IMG/VR virus record: IMGVR_UViG_3300010939_000031
Length of the DNA stretch: 39,688 nucleotides
Strand: one strand, 5' to 3'
Source of the DNA: a virus
Shown here: piece by piece, positions 32,804 to 39,688 of the stretch
Numbering within the stretch: position 1 is the stretch's first letter
Layout of the letters: each line of letters starts with the position of its first letter
Notes under the pieces: model-generated
The model's input: only the letters and a program-made list of their open reading frames with translations
Told to the model about the DNA's origin: nothing
The model's database searches: none
Program-made: the position numbers and the translations under genes

Positions 32804-33439
32804 TTATGGGGTAAAAATATAGGCTATCTTGATAGTAGAAAACGCCCCTGCGGTATATTCGTTATTTTTGTTGCCGACATCGCTAAATTGGATATAGTCT
32901 AGACGAAAAGCGTTGCGAGTGCTCGGCTTGAATGCCCCCCCTATGCCAAATAGCGCCCCCGCGCCTGAGTCAGAATCACCCTCACAAGAACTTGAAAAAC
33001 TCGACTGACATGTTGATTTATTGTTGGTTGCCGCTAAACCAGCCCGCGCATGGATTGATATTTTGTCGCTGATGTTGGCAGAAAAAATTCCGGCTAACGA
33101 TACCGCTGAAACCATGTTGCGCTCTACGATTCCGTATTTTGTTCCAGCCACTTTAATAGTTGCAACGAGGTCGTATGTGCCTAGGTAATCATAACCAATC
33201 TCAGCGTCAATATTATCGTTGACGTGATAGCCAATTGCTAAACTAGCCGCGTTCGCCTGTATGTGGTAGCTGATTTCTGAGGTCGCTCCTGCCGCCGCCA
33301 ACCTCTCTTTAATTTTGTTTACATTACTTTCGGCATCGTCCGCTTTTGTGGTACCTAGCCCCGCCCCAAAATATACCCCCCCTGCAAAAATTGAAGGAGA
33401 TGCCATTAATAGCCCAAATAACAGTAGAGCTTTTTTCAT
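32804..33439 (-). CDS. Outer-membrane beta-barrel protein (OmpA-TM/OMP_b-brl-like), lysogenic-conversion candidate
   Basis: Signal peptide MKKALLLFGLLMASPSIFA, then GVYFGAGLG... and alternating aromatic beta strands to the C-terminus. Confidence 0.75.
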   Translation of the reverse strand: MKKALLLFGLLMASPSIFAGGVYFGAGLGTTKADDAESNVNKIKERLAAAGATSEISYHIQANAASLAIGYHVNDNIDAEIGYDYLGTYDLVATIKVAGTKYGIVERNMVSAVSLAGIFSANISDKISIHARAGLAATNNKSTCQSSFSSSCEGDSDSGAGALFGIGGAFKPSTRNAFRLDYIQFSDVGNKNNEYTAGAFSTIKIAYIFTP

Positions 33440-33463
33440 TTTTTATTACCTTTACGTTGTTGT

Positions 33464-33757
33464 TTAAATTGAATTCGCCAGCTCCATCAACGCCCCTTTA
33501 ATCGCTAGCCGGTACGCATCTGGAACCGCTACAGCCGCACTGATTACGGTGCCCGCCCCCAAGGCGACGAGTGCGAACGTGGTAATTTCCCCGGCTTTAG
33601 TTTTAACTAATAATTGTTCAGCCTCTTCGACCGCGGAAATGCTAAAATTTAATGATCTCGGCACCAACCGGAGAATATTGTTCATGTCCTGCTGGCGCCT
33701 GCCTCTTGACCTCCTTTTATTATGAATCTCCTTCATTTCTTCAATGGTTGGAATCAT
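33464..33757 (-). CDS. Hypothetical protein with one hydrophobic segment
   Basis: 97 aa with a basic N-terminal region (KRRSRGRRQQ) and the segment ITTFALVALGAGTVISAAVAV. Confidence 0.45.
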   Translation of the reverse strand: MIPTIEEMKEIHNKRRSRGRRQQDMNNILRLVPRSLNFSISAVEEAEQLLVKTKAGEITTFALVALGAGTVISAAVAVPDAYRLAIKGALMELANSI

Positions 33758-33833
33758 TCTAAAGTCCTGTAAATTAATACAAATTCATGGATTACTGAAC
33801 TTGCATCATGATAGCCGGATTAAAAAATGTCAA

Positions 33834-34292
33834 TTATTTTTTATGTTTTTTGTCTACTACTTTTTGAGGCGAGGAATAAATAGGCGCGGCACCGGAAGAA
33901 GATCGGATCGTTTTATTTTTGTCCTGTTTTTGTTCTTGAGGTTCTTGTTTAATTTCAGCCGTCAAAACTTGGAGCGCTACCGAGAGGTCTTTAGATATCC
34001 GGTCTACGGTGAGCGATAATTTTATTATTTGCCGAAGCGCCTCGTCGTGTACGGTGGGCGGCTCCGTGATCACGCTCGCAGTATTATCAAGCCATCCTGG
34101 GGGCATACCAGCCTTTTTTTCTATTGACCGGGCTTTTTTCTCCCCAAAAGATTTATCCCTGAGTAAGCCCGACAGCTCCCCTTGGTTTATTTCGGTAACT
34201 GCCGCGAACCCCGCCAACACGCCATTATGATACTGATCTATCCACTCCCGCAGTTTGGCTCGCCTTACATCAACCACTGTTAATTTTTCCAT
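33834..34292 (-). CDS. CI-like repressor (HTH N-terminal domain, no S24 peptidase domain)
   Basis: ...INQGELSGLLRDKSFGEKKARSIEKKAGMPPGWLD is a typical phage-repressor HTH. It is divergent from a Cro-like gene across an 83-bp control region. Confidence 0.6.
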   Translation of the reverse strand: MEKLTVVDVRRAKLREWIDQYHNGVLAGFAAVTEINQGELSGLLRDKSFGEKKARSIEKKAGMPPGWLDNTASVITEPPTVHDEALRQIIKLSLTVDRISKDLSVALQVLTAEIKQEPQEQKQDKNKTIRSSSGAAPIYSSPQKVVDKKHKK

Positions 34293-34298
34293 TCGAGC

Positions 34299-34327
34299 AT
34301 GCTACCGATATTTTACTGAAAGGTAAA
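34299..34327 (-). promoter_or_regulatory. PRM-like promoter (predicts a leaderless repressor mRNA)
   Basis: Minus strand: TTTACC (34327-34322), 17 nt, TAGCAT (34304-34299), 6 nt, ATG (34292). No SD. Confidence 0.4.
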
Positions 34328-34369
34328 TTACCATTAAGTATTGACTTTTATATTACTATTTGGTACTGT
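34328..34369 (+). promoter_or_regulatory. PR-like promoter/operator module
   Basis: TTGACT 34341-34346, 17 nt, TACTGT 34364-34369, 6 nt, ATG 34376. Palindrome GGTAAATTACC at 34322-34332 and a TACT-n4-GGTA motif are candidate operators. Confidence 0.5.
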
Positions 34370-34375
34370 TGACGC

Positions 34376-34657
34376 ATGAAAAAAATTACCGAATACATAA
34401 ACAAATTATCCCCAAAAGAGCAGGCCTTATTCGCGGAAAGGTGTGGCACAACAATTAACTATCTGCGTAAGGCCGTCAGTACCCGACAAACATTAAGCGC
34501 TAAATTAAGTGTTGCCCTTGAGCAAGAATCAAAAGGCTTTATTACTAGGCAATATTTGCATCCCCATACTTACTGGCTGATGTGGCCAGAAATTCACCAT
34601 AACGCCGGCGACGGCCTGCCCCCAGGTATCGCCAGGAAACGCGGCAAAGCCGCATAA
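34376..34657 (+). CDS. Cro-like HTH regulator
   Basis: ..EQALFAERCGTTINYLRKAVS....LSAKLSVALE is an HTH. First gene of the rightward operon. Confidence 0.6.
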   Translation: MKKITEYINKLSPKEQALFAERCGTTINYLRKAVSTRQTLSAKLSVALEQESKGFITRQYLHPHTYWLMWPEIHHNAGDGLPPGIARKRGKAA

Positions 34658-34688
34658 CCCCTAACCTAACCCCTAACGGAGACCCCAA

Positions 34689-34877
34689 GTGCTACCCCTC
34701 GACGAACAAAAAATTGAGCGGAACATGGTACGCCTCACGAGCGATACCCATCAGCTTACTAAACAAATCGCCAAGCGGCTGGGGCTTAAACACGCCGAAC
34801 TTTTACGGATCATGATCATCAACGAAGCGGAACGCATGAAAATCATAACAGACGTAGCCGAAATACGAAGCCGCTAA
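34689..34877 (+). CDS. Small RHH-like hypothetical protein
   Basis: GTG start after GGAG; MVRLTSDTHQLTKQIAKRLGLKHAELLRIMI. Confidence 0.45.
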   Translation: MLPLDEQKIERNMVRLTSDTHQLTKQIAKRLGLKHAELLRIMIINEAERMKIITDVAEIRSR

Positions 34878-34886
34878 CAGCTACAA

Positions 34887-35090
34887 ATGGAGGGCGGAAT
34901 GGGAGAGTATGTTGAAGTTGATTTACCTGAAAAAATAAAGCAGCTATTGGTTACTAACAACATTGATCCCGAAGCGTTGATCGAGCGTGCCGTTAGCCGA
35001 TTGATGCGGAATGTCGATATAAACACGAACGACCGCCCATGTCAAGAGCGGCGATCACATTTACGACTGGTTACCTGGGAGACGCCATGA
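34887..35090 (+). CDS. Small hypothetical protein
   Basis: 67-aa ORF; YVEVDLPEKIKQLL...ALIERAVSRLM has RHH-like character. Confidence 0.4.
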   Translation: MEGGMGEYVEVDLPEKIKQLLVTNNIDPEALIERAVSRLMRNVDINTNDRPCQERRSHLRLVTWETP

Positions 35091-35365
35091 CTGCCCTTGC
35101 CCGTAACTCCGACCCCATCACCAGCCACATAGCCGCCGCGAACGTGGCTAACTTCGCGGATTCGCACAAAAGATTGATCCTCGCCGCGCTTGAACAATTT
35201 GGCCCGATGACTGCGCATGAAATATCTGCGCATATTCCGGGTTTGTTACCGCACCAGATTCTAAAACGTTTCCCCGAGATGAGCAGGCAAGGATTGATTA
35301 CCACAACGGGCGAAACCCGCCGGGCAATGGGGAAAATGCCGGCAAGGGTTTGGAGGATAGCATGA
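35087..35365 (+). CDS. Winged-helix DNA-binding protein
   Basis: I prefer ATG 35087 (ATGA overlap). ...HKRLILAALEQFGPMTAHEISAHI......ILKRFPEMSRQGLI is MarR/wHTH-like. Confidence 0.5.
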   Translation: MTALARNSDPITSHIAAANVANFADSHKRLILAALEQFGPMTAHEISAHIPGLLPHQILKRFPEMSRQGLITTTGETRRAMGKMPARVWRIA

Positions 35366-36153
35366 GCAAAATGCCATGGTTCCGGATGTACGCGGACTTT
35401 CTGAACGACCCCAAAATGATTGCGCTGGCATTTGAAGACCAGCGGCACTTCATTGGAGTTTTGGCGCTGAAATCCGATGGCGCAATTGACGATACAGCCG
35501 ATGAAAACCTTTTAAATCGGATTGTTGCACAGCGCCTTTGGATTGATCATGGCGTGATTCGTGAAGTGAAAAAGCGCTTATGCGATGCAGGTTTGATTGA
35601 TGAAAATTGGCAACCGATTGCATGGGATAAACGCCAGTTTGTCTCTGACCGCGATAGCACCGCAGCAGAGCGCAAGCGCCGGGAAAGGGCTGCAAAGTCA
35701 GGCAAAGAAAATGTCACGGACATGTCACGCGTGACGTCACGCGACAGTCACGGAGATGTCACGCGGCTAGATACAGATACAGATACAGATACAGAAAAAG
35801 ACTTATCGCCTTCGGCTCCTAAATTCGTTTTGCCTGAGTGGATCAATGCTGACGACTGGCACTTGTGGCTGAAAACCCGCAAAGGCAAAAAGATGATTGA
35901 GGCGCAAATGCGAAAGCAGATCGACAAGCTGGCCGCGTGGCGTATCAGGGGGCTAGACCACGCTAAAGCACTGTCCGACGCCGCGGCGAATGGCTACCAG
36001 GGATTGTTTGAACCTAAAAGCGATGGGCTTAAAAATGAACCACATCAAAAACTTGATAACTCAGCCCCGGCCAGAGTCAAGCGCGAAAACGAGCGGCGTG
36101 AGCGAGAGCGGCAAGCAAGGGAAGGCCGCGTCTTTGATGGATCGCCACATTGA
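35350..36153 (+). CDS. Replication initiator / replisome organiser (lambda O-like role, DUF1376-like N-terminus)
   Basis: MPWFRMYADFLNDPKM......QRHFIGVLALK. An internal iteron array and a DTDTDTDT linker resemble the ori-in-O arrangement. Confidence 0.6.
   Translation: MEDSMSKMPWFRMYADFLNDPKMIALAFEDQRHFIGVLALKSDGAIDDTADENLLNRIVAQRLWIDHGVIREVKKRLCDAGLIDENWQPIAWDKRQFVSDRDSTAAERKRRERAAKSGKENVTDMSRVTSRDSHGDVTRLDTDTDTDTEKDLSPSAPKFVLPEWINADDWHLWLKTRKGKKMIEAQMRKQIDKLAAWRIRGLDHAKALSDAAANGYQGLFEPKSDGLKNEPHQKLDNSAPARVKRENERRERERQAREGRVFDGSPH
35713..35793. repeat. Candidate origin: five GTCACG iterons at 11-12-bp phasing plus (GATACA)x4
   Basis: GTCACG starts at 35713, 35724, 35736, 35747 and 35758. 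A 16-bp palindrome cgcgtgacgtcacgcg lies at 35728-35743. GATACA x4 at 35770-35793, followed by an A-rich stretch. Confidence 0.55.
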
Positions 36154-36469
36154 CCGCTTCTGGGAGCGCATGACGAAGATTTACGGGCACAAGTGGGTTA
36201 GCGGATACGGTATTGCCGATGACGGCACATGGCTTGCTGGATTGCATGACGTATCGCTGGAGCAGATCGGGCAGGGGTTGGAAAAATGTCGGGTTAGCTC
36301 TGAACCATGGCCGCCCACGCTCCCCGAGTTTCGCACCATGTGCATAGGCCAACGCGCCCACGTGGAAAATGCCGGGGCATACCGCCAATATGCCGCACTG
36401 CCTAAACCACCTGCCGACAAAGGCAAGGCGCAATCTCAACTGGCGGCAATGCGGGAAAAGTTAGGGTGA
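36137..36469 (+). CDS. Lambda P-like replication protein (helicase-loader candidate)
   Basis: I prefer ATG 36137. KWVSGYG...LEQIGQGLEKCRVSSEPWPPTLPEFRTMC parallels lambda P WVLAFRENGITTMEQVNAGMRVARRQNRPFLPSPGQFVAWC (recalled from memory). Confidence 0.5.
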   Translation: MDRHIDRFWERMTKIYGHKWVSGYGIADDGTWLAGLHDVSLEQIGQGLEKCRVSSEPWPPTLPEFRTMCIGQRAHVENAGAYRQYAALPKPPADKGKAQSQLAAMREKLG

Positions 36470-36747
36470 TGTATAGAAACAAGAAGCTTCGTGACTCAGC
36501 CAGGCATGAGCCTTGTGTTAACTGTGGTGTCGACCGTGGCACGACTGTCTGGGCGCACAGTAACTGCCAGAGGCACGGGAAAGGGATTGGCATTAAGGCG
36601 CACGATGTTTTTGGCGCGTACTTGTGCGGCGATTGTCACTCGCATTACGACGCTGGAGCGTGGCCAAGCCGGGACGAGCGCAACGAATGGTTTATAGAGC
36701 AGTTTATAAAATCAATGATCATCGCCTGTGAGAAGGGTTATTTATGA
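36466..36747 (+). CDS. DUF1364 / YbcO-like protein
   Basis: LRDSARHEPCVNCGV..GTTVWAH........G.G.KAHD..GAYLCGDCHSHYD parallels E. coli YbcO (recalled from memory). Confidence 0.65.
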   Translation: MMYRNKKLRDSARHEPCVNCGVDRGTTVWAHSNCQRHGKGIGIKAHDVFGAYLCGDCHSHYDAGAWPSRDERNEWFIEQFIKSMIIACEKGYL

Positions 36748-37115
36748 TTAAATCAAGCCAAAAAATAAAAAATCTTGAAGCATATTTGGAGGCCAAGCGT
36801 GCCAGAACTCATTGCAAAAACGGCCATCCCTTTTCGGGTAAAAACCTGCTGCAAGGCTACCGTGGCCAGCGTCGGTGCCGGATATGCGCCGACGAGTTTA
36901 ACAGCCGCCGAAGCTATGTCGATAGAAAATACGTAGCGAAAAAAACGCGCGTCAGGGATGTTTTGCCAGCGCCAGAGGTTGTAGTGCAAGCCATGAAGGT
37001 CAATGTGTTGGTTAAAAAGGACAACCTCACCCGCGAAGAATGGCTAAAGCTATACGGCATCAAGACCAAGCGCCCTACGGTGGATTATTCAAAGATTGAT
37101 ATACCCTGGTGCTAG
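36744..37115 (+). CDS. Hypothetical protein with a Cys/His motif
   Basis: HCKNGHPFSGKN....RGQRRCRIC. Confidence 0.45.
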   Translation: MIKSSQKIKNLEAYLEAKRARTHCKNGHPFSGKNLLQGYRGQRRCRICADEFNSRRSYVDRKYVAKKTRVRDVLPAPEVVVQAMKVNVLVKKDNLTREEWLKLYGIKTKRPTVDYSKIDIPWC

Positions 37116-37324
37116 ACGAAGAAATTAAAGCCCGCATGGGCTTGGCGGCGCTGCATGCCGAGCATCGTCAGGACAGGATAAAGAGCATTGCCATGCGCCT
37201 TGCGGCGTTGCCGACAAAAGCGCTTCGAGACGCGGAAGTTAAGAGAATTAAAGAAAAATACGGCGAGGCGATAGAGAAAAGCATAACCGCCATGGCAAAG
37301 GTGATATATGGTGAAAAAAAATGA
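37109..37324 (+). CDS. Small hypothetical protein
   Basis: 71-aa helical ORF; GTG start overlaps the upstream stop. Confidence 0.4.
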   Translation: MLDEEIKARMGLAALHAEHRQDRIKSIAMRLAALPTKALRDAEVKRIKEKYGEAIEKSITAMAKVIYGEKK

Positions 37325-37743
37325 CAAGTATTGATAGAGAAATAGTACTAGACAACGCCACGAAATGGTTCTGGTTGAGCAAATTCATCGGGGATAATTA
37401 TAAGGCGTTTTTTGAGAATGGAAAGCCTCTAAGCGTCACTATAACCAATTCAGCCAGACGCCGCAATGCGGAACAAAACAAGCGCTATTGGCGCGGGGTT
37501 TTACAACAGATGGCCGAGCAGGTTTGGGTTGATGGAAAGCAGTTTAGCAAGGATGTCTGGCACGAGTTTTACGCTGAAAAGTTTGGATACTTTGAAGAAA
37601 TAGACATGCCAGACGGCACAAGGAAATTACGCCGCAAGTCAACCACGGAGTACACGGTAAAAGAGTTCGCCGAGTATATGACAAAAATCGAAGTGGACGC
37701 GGCTCAGGAGTATGGGGTGATGTTTCAGGAGTATTCAAGATAG
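37321..37743 (+). CDS. ninB: NinB (Orf)-family recombination mediator
   Basis: RRNAEQNKRYWRGVLQQMAEQVWVDG..FSKDVWHEFY and STTEYTVKEFAEYMTKIEV.AAQEYGV parallel lambda NinB (RSLDQNRKLWACLGDVSRQVEWHG; STSRMRVGEFAELLELIQAFGTERGV). Confidence 0.7.
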   Translation: MTSIDREIVLDNATKWFWLSKFIGDNYKAFFENGKPLSVTITNSARRRNAEQNKRYWRGVLQQMAEQVWVDGKQFSKDVWHEFYAEKFGYFEEIDMPDGTRKLRRKSTTEYTVKEFAEYMTKIEVDAAQEYGVMFQEYSR

Positions 37744-37753
37744 CAGGGGAAAT

Positions 37754-37963
37754 ATGAAAAGACAGAAAGACTTTACTTTATTGAAAGTGATCGCCCTTGT
37801 ACTACTACCGGTAGTAGTGGCTGGCAGTTGGGTTGCTAATGCCGTAAAGCTATCCGCATGTGACTTTGAGCCGGATTACAGGTGTGAATTTATCCATGGA
37901 ACTGGGTTATTTTTTATACCTCTATCAGTCGCAACGGTGTGGTTTGATGATGATGGGGCTTAG
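37754..37963 (+). CDS. Small membrane protein
   Basis: 69 aa; hydrophobic LLKVIALVLLPVVVAGSWVANAV. Confidence 0.4.
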   Translation: MKRQKDFTLLKVIALVLLPVVVAGSWVANAVKLSACDFEPDYRCEFIHGTGLFFIPLSVATVWFDDDGA

Positions 37964-38146
37964 CCAATGCAAAAAATGTGGCGGATCAATGCAGCCTGGG
38001 AAAGCGCCATATCAAATCCACGAATGGAGCGACCCCAGCGCACCCGGGGGCATATTCCGCATGGGTGTATTGATTAACCGCTTGGCGTAGGGGATTGGCC
38101 CAAATGTGAGCGGTGCAGGAAAAGAACGGCGATAGGAGGATAGACA

Positions 38147-38361
38147 TGAGCAACGCAAGATACACAGTAACCGTAACGGAGATAGTTACAGAAAAAAGGG
38201 TTTTACCTCGGAAATGGGAAAAGGGCGGCGAGGGAAATCCCGAGAACTATGGTTACGCGCCAGAGGTGGAAACTTTGCAGACCGTTGAAAGAAAAGTATA
38301 CGAACAAAGCAAAGGGGATGTGAACTTGTTGGCAGTTATTATGGCGGTGAATGGTTTGTGA
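38147..38361 (+). CDS. Small hypothetical protein (71 aa)
   Basis: I prefer ATG 38147, preceded by TAGGAGGATAGAC. Confidence 0.45.
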
Positions 38362-38400
38362 GGATGGCATGCTTGCGATTGAGTCGCTAGTGCCCTAGTC

Positions 38401-39024
38401 ATGATTTATAGCGCATGCAAAAAAGCGGCGAGCAGGCCGGGAGCCGGAAAGGATCGCGGGACGACCGAGGCCGGAAGATGCGTTAAATGTTGCCGACCCA
38501 CGCAAGTGTATGGATCGCGCTGGTGTAAAGACTGCTCTTATCCTGGCATTGACCGCGACTACATGGAGGGGAGCTTGCACATAATAAAAGTTGGTATTGA
38601 CCCGGGCACAAAAACAGGGTTTGCGATGACAGAAAACGGCGCATTGATATATTTGCAAACGTTACCCATCCATGAGGCTATGGATAAAGTTAGGCGGCTT
38701 GCCGTGAACACGCCCAATTTATCCGTGACATTTGAGGATGCTCGCAAGCGGAAATGGTTTGGAAAGGCCGATGCACAGATAGCCAAGTACGGCGCCGGGG
38801 TGAGGGAAGGCGCCGGAGCAGCAAAGCGAGACTCCAATATATGGGCTGATTTTCTGGAGAGCATAATTGACGCGAAAAATATCATCGCGGTTGCTCCTAA
38901 AAACACAAAATTATCCGCTGAAATGTTTAAGAGGATTACAGGGTGGACGGGGCGGACAAGTAATCATTCCCGCGATGCGGCGATGATGATATGGGATGGC
39001 AAGAAGAGCGGGAGGGGACAATGA
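38401..39024 (+). CDS. RuvC-like Holliday-junction resolvase (possibly with an N-terminal Zn ribbon)
   Basis: IKVGIDPGTKTGFA (first catalytic Asp) and SNHSRDAAMM (C-terminal H..D). N-terminus CVKCC...WCKDC. An alternative start ATG 38563 would give the core only. Confidence 0.65.
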   Translation: MIYSACKKAASRPGAGKDRGTTEAGRCVKCCRPTQVYGSRWCKDCSYPGIDRDYMEGSLHIIKVGIDPGTKTGFAMTENGALIYLQTLPIHEAMDKVRRLAVNTPNLSVTFEDARKRKWFGKADAQIAKYGAGVREGAGAAKRDSNIWADFLESIIDAKNIIAVAPKNTKLSAEMFKRITGWTGRTSNHSRDAAMMIWDGKKSGRGQ

Positions 39025-39209
39025 AAGGCTGTATAAAATGCTGTTCGATCAGTATTCAGCATATCCTGGGGCGTGTGCGGTATCTGTGCGCACGTGACGC
39101 CTCGCGGTCAAGGCACCCAAGCTGCCACGACGAGCGAAAAAGTGTATCAGGGGGCCGATGTGGCCCGGATGGGCAGTTTTACATAAGCGGTCAGGATGAT
39201 GAATGCTGA
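39021..39209 (+). CDS. Small Cys-rich hypothetical protein (62 aa)
   Basis: ATGA overlap upstream and ATGCTGA overlap with the HNH start downstream. Weak coding evidence. Confidence 0.3.
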   Translation: MKGCIKCCSISIQHILGRVRYLCARDASRSRHPSCHDERKSVSGGRCGPDGQFYISGQDDEC

Positions 39210-39688
39210 TAGACGATGTGGTGATCACACAGGAAGACCTTAAAAAAATCCTGCATTATGAACCTGAGACTGGCTTGTTTACCTGGATTGCTGCCAGGGC
39301 GAGCAATAAAATGAAAGCCGGACAGGTTGCCGGAGGTATAAGCGTCCAAGGGTATGTCCGTATCAGCATCAAGGCAAAGAGATATCTTGCTCACAGGCTG
39401 GTTTGGCTCTATGTCCACGGGCATTTTCCGCCCGACCATACTGATCACATCAATGGGATAAAAACAGACAACAGGTTATGTAATCTGCGTGCCGCGACAC
39501 ACGCGCAGAACTTAACTAACAGGGGGGAGACGCGAGGTAGACCCCCGGGGGCAAAGGGGGTCTATTGGGATAAGCGACGCAAAAAGTGGGTCGTCCGGTG
39601 CAAGGCTAATGGCAAATTTCTTTATTTTGGCAGTTTCAACACCATCGAAGCCGCGTCTGCAGTGTATCAAGAATTTGCAAAAAAGCAT
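39203..39688 (+). CDS. HNH (HNH_3) + AP2-domain homing-endonuclease-like protein, N-terminal part (continues at nt 1-141 of the circle)
   Basis: Own translation: MLIDDVVITQEDLKKILHYEPETGLFTW...AHRLVWLYVHGHFPPDHTDHINGIKTDNRLCNLRAATHAQN...KGVYWDKRRKKWVVRCKANGK. Not in the ORF track because it runs off the window end. Confidence 0.8.
   Translation, partial: MLIDDVVITQEDLKKILHYEPETGLFTWIAARASNKMKAGQVAGGISVQGYVRISIKAKRYLAHRLVWLYVHGHFPPDHTDHINGIKTDNRLCNLRAATHAQNLTNRGETRGRPPGAKGVYWDKRRKKWVVRCKANGKFLYFGSFNTIEAASAVYQEFAKKH
39584..39688. repeat. Terminal overlap copy (identical to 1-105)
   Basis: See the first feature. Confidence 0.95.

Noticed and set aside
35770-35793. CRISPR-like or other spacer-repeat array
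   Set aside because: It is a simple in-frame hexanucleotide microsatellite (GATACA x4) inside a coding region. There are no spacers and no cas genes. No CRISPR array was seen anywhere in the window.

Overview
The first 105 nt are identical to the last 105 nt (1-105 = 39584-39688), so the window is a circularly closed genome of about 39,583 bp. An HNH/AP2 gene reads cleanly across the junction. It is a temperate HK97-like siphovirus of a Gram-negative host.

Plus-strand late region: Q82-type antiterminator with a PR'-like promoter and terminator, two small late ORFs, HNH endonuclease, TerS (P27 family), TerL, HK97-type portal, prohead protease and major capsid protein. These are followed by connector genes, tail tube, G/GT chaperone with a -1 frameshift, tape measure, distal tail genes, a J-like protein, a pectate-lyase-fold tailspike, and lysis genes (M15 endolysin, holin-like protein, lipoprotein). 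Then comes attP, which carries the 3' half of a tRNA-Asn(GUU).

Minus-strand region: tyrosine integrase with a DUF4224 partner, small Zn-finger proteins, SSB, YqaJ exonuclease, an ERF annealing protein, membrane and outer-membrane proteins, and a CI-like repressor.

Rightward early operon: Cro-like protein, RHH and wHTH proteins, an O-like initiator with internal iterons, a lambda-P-like loader, DUF1364, NinB and a RuvC-like resolvase.

The genome carries many selfish elements:
- a class-3-type intein with a LAGLIDADG domain in the TerL P-loop
- an RHH + GIY-YIG cassette between portal and protease
- an HNH/AP2 gene in front of Q
- an intact TnpA-less IS200/IS605-type TnpB element with IS608-like bulged-T hairpins and a predicted omega RNA (27.44-28.67 kb)
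- two orphan right-end-like hairpins. One of them (621-777) still carries the last 37 codons of a different tnpB, so it is a candidate orphan omega RNA sitting in the late-operon leader.

All functional calls rest on motif recognition by eye. No database search was run.
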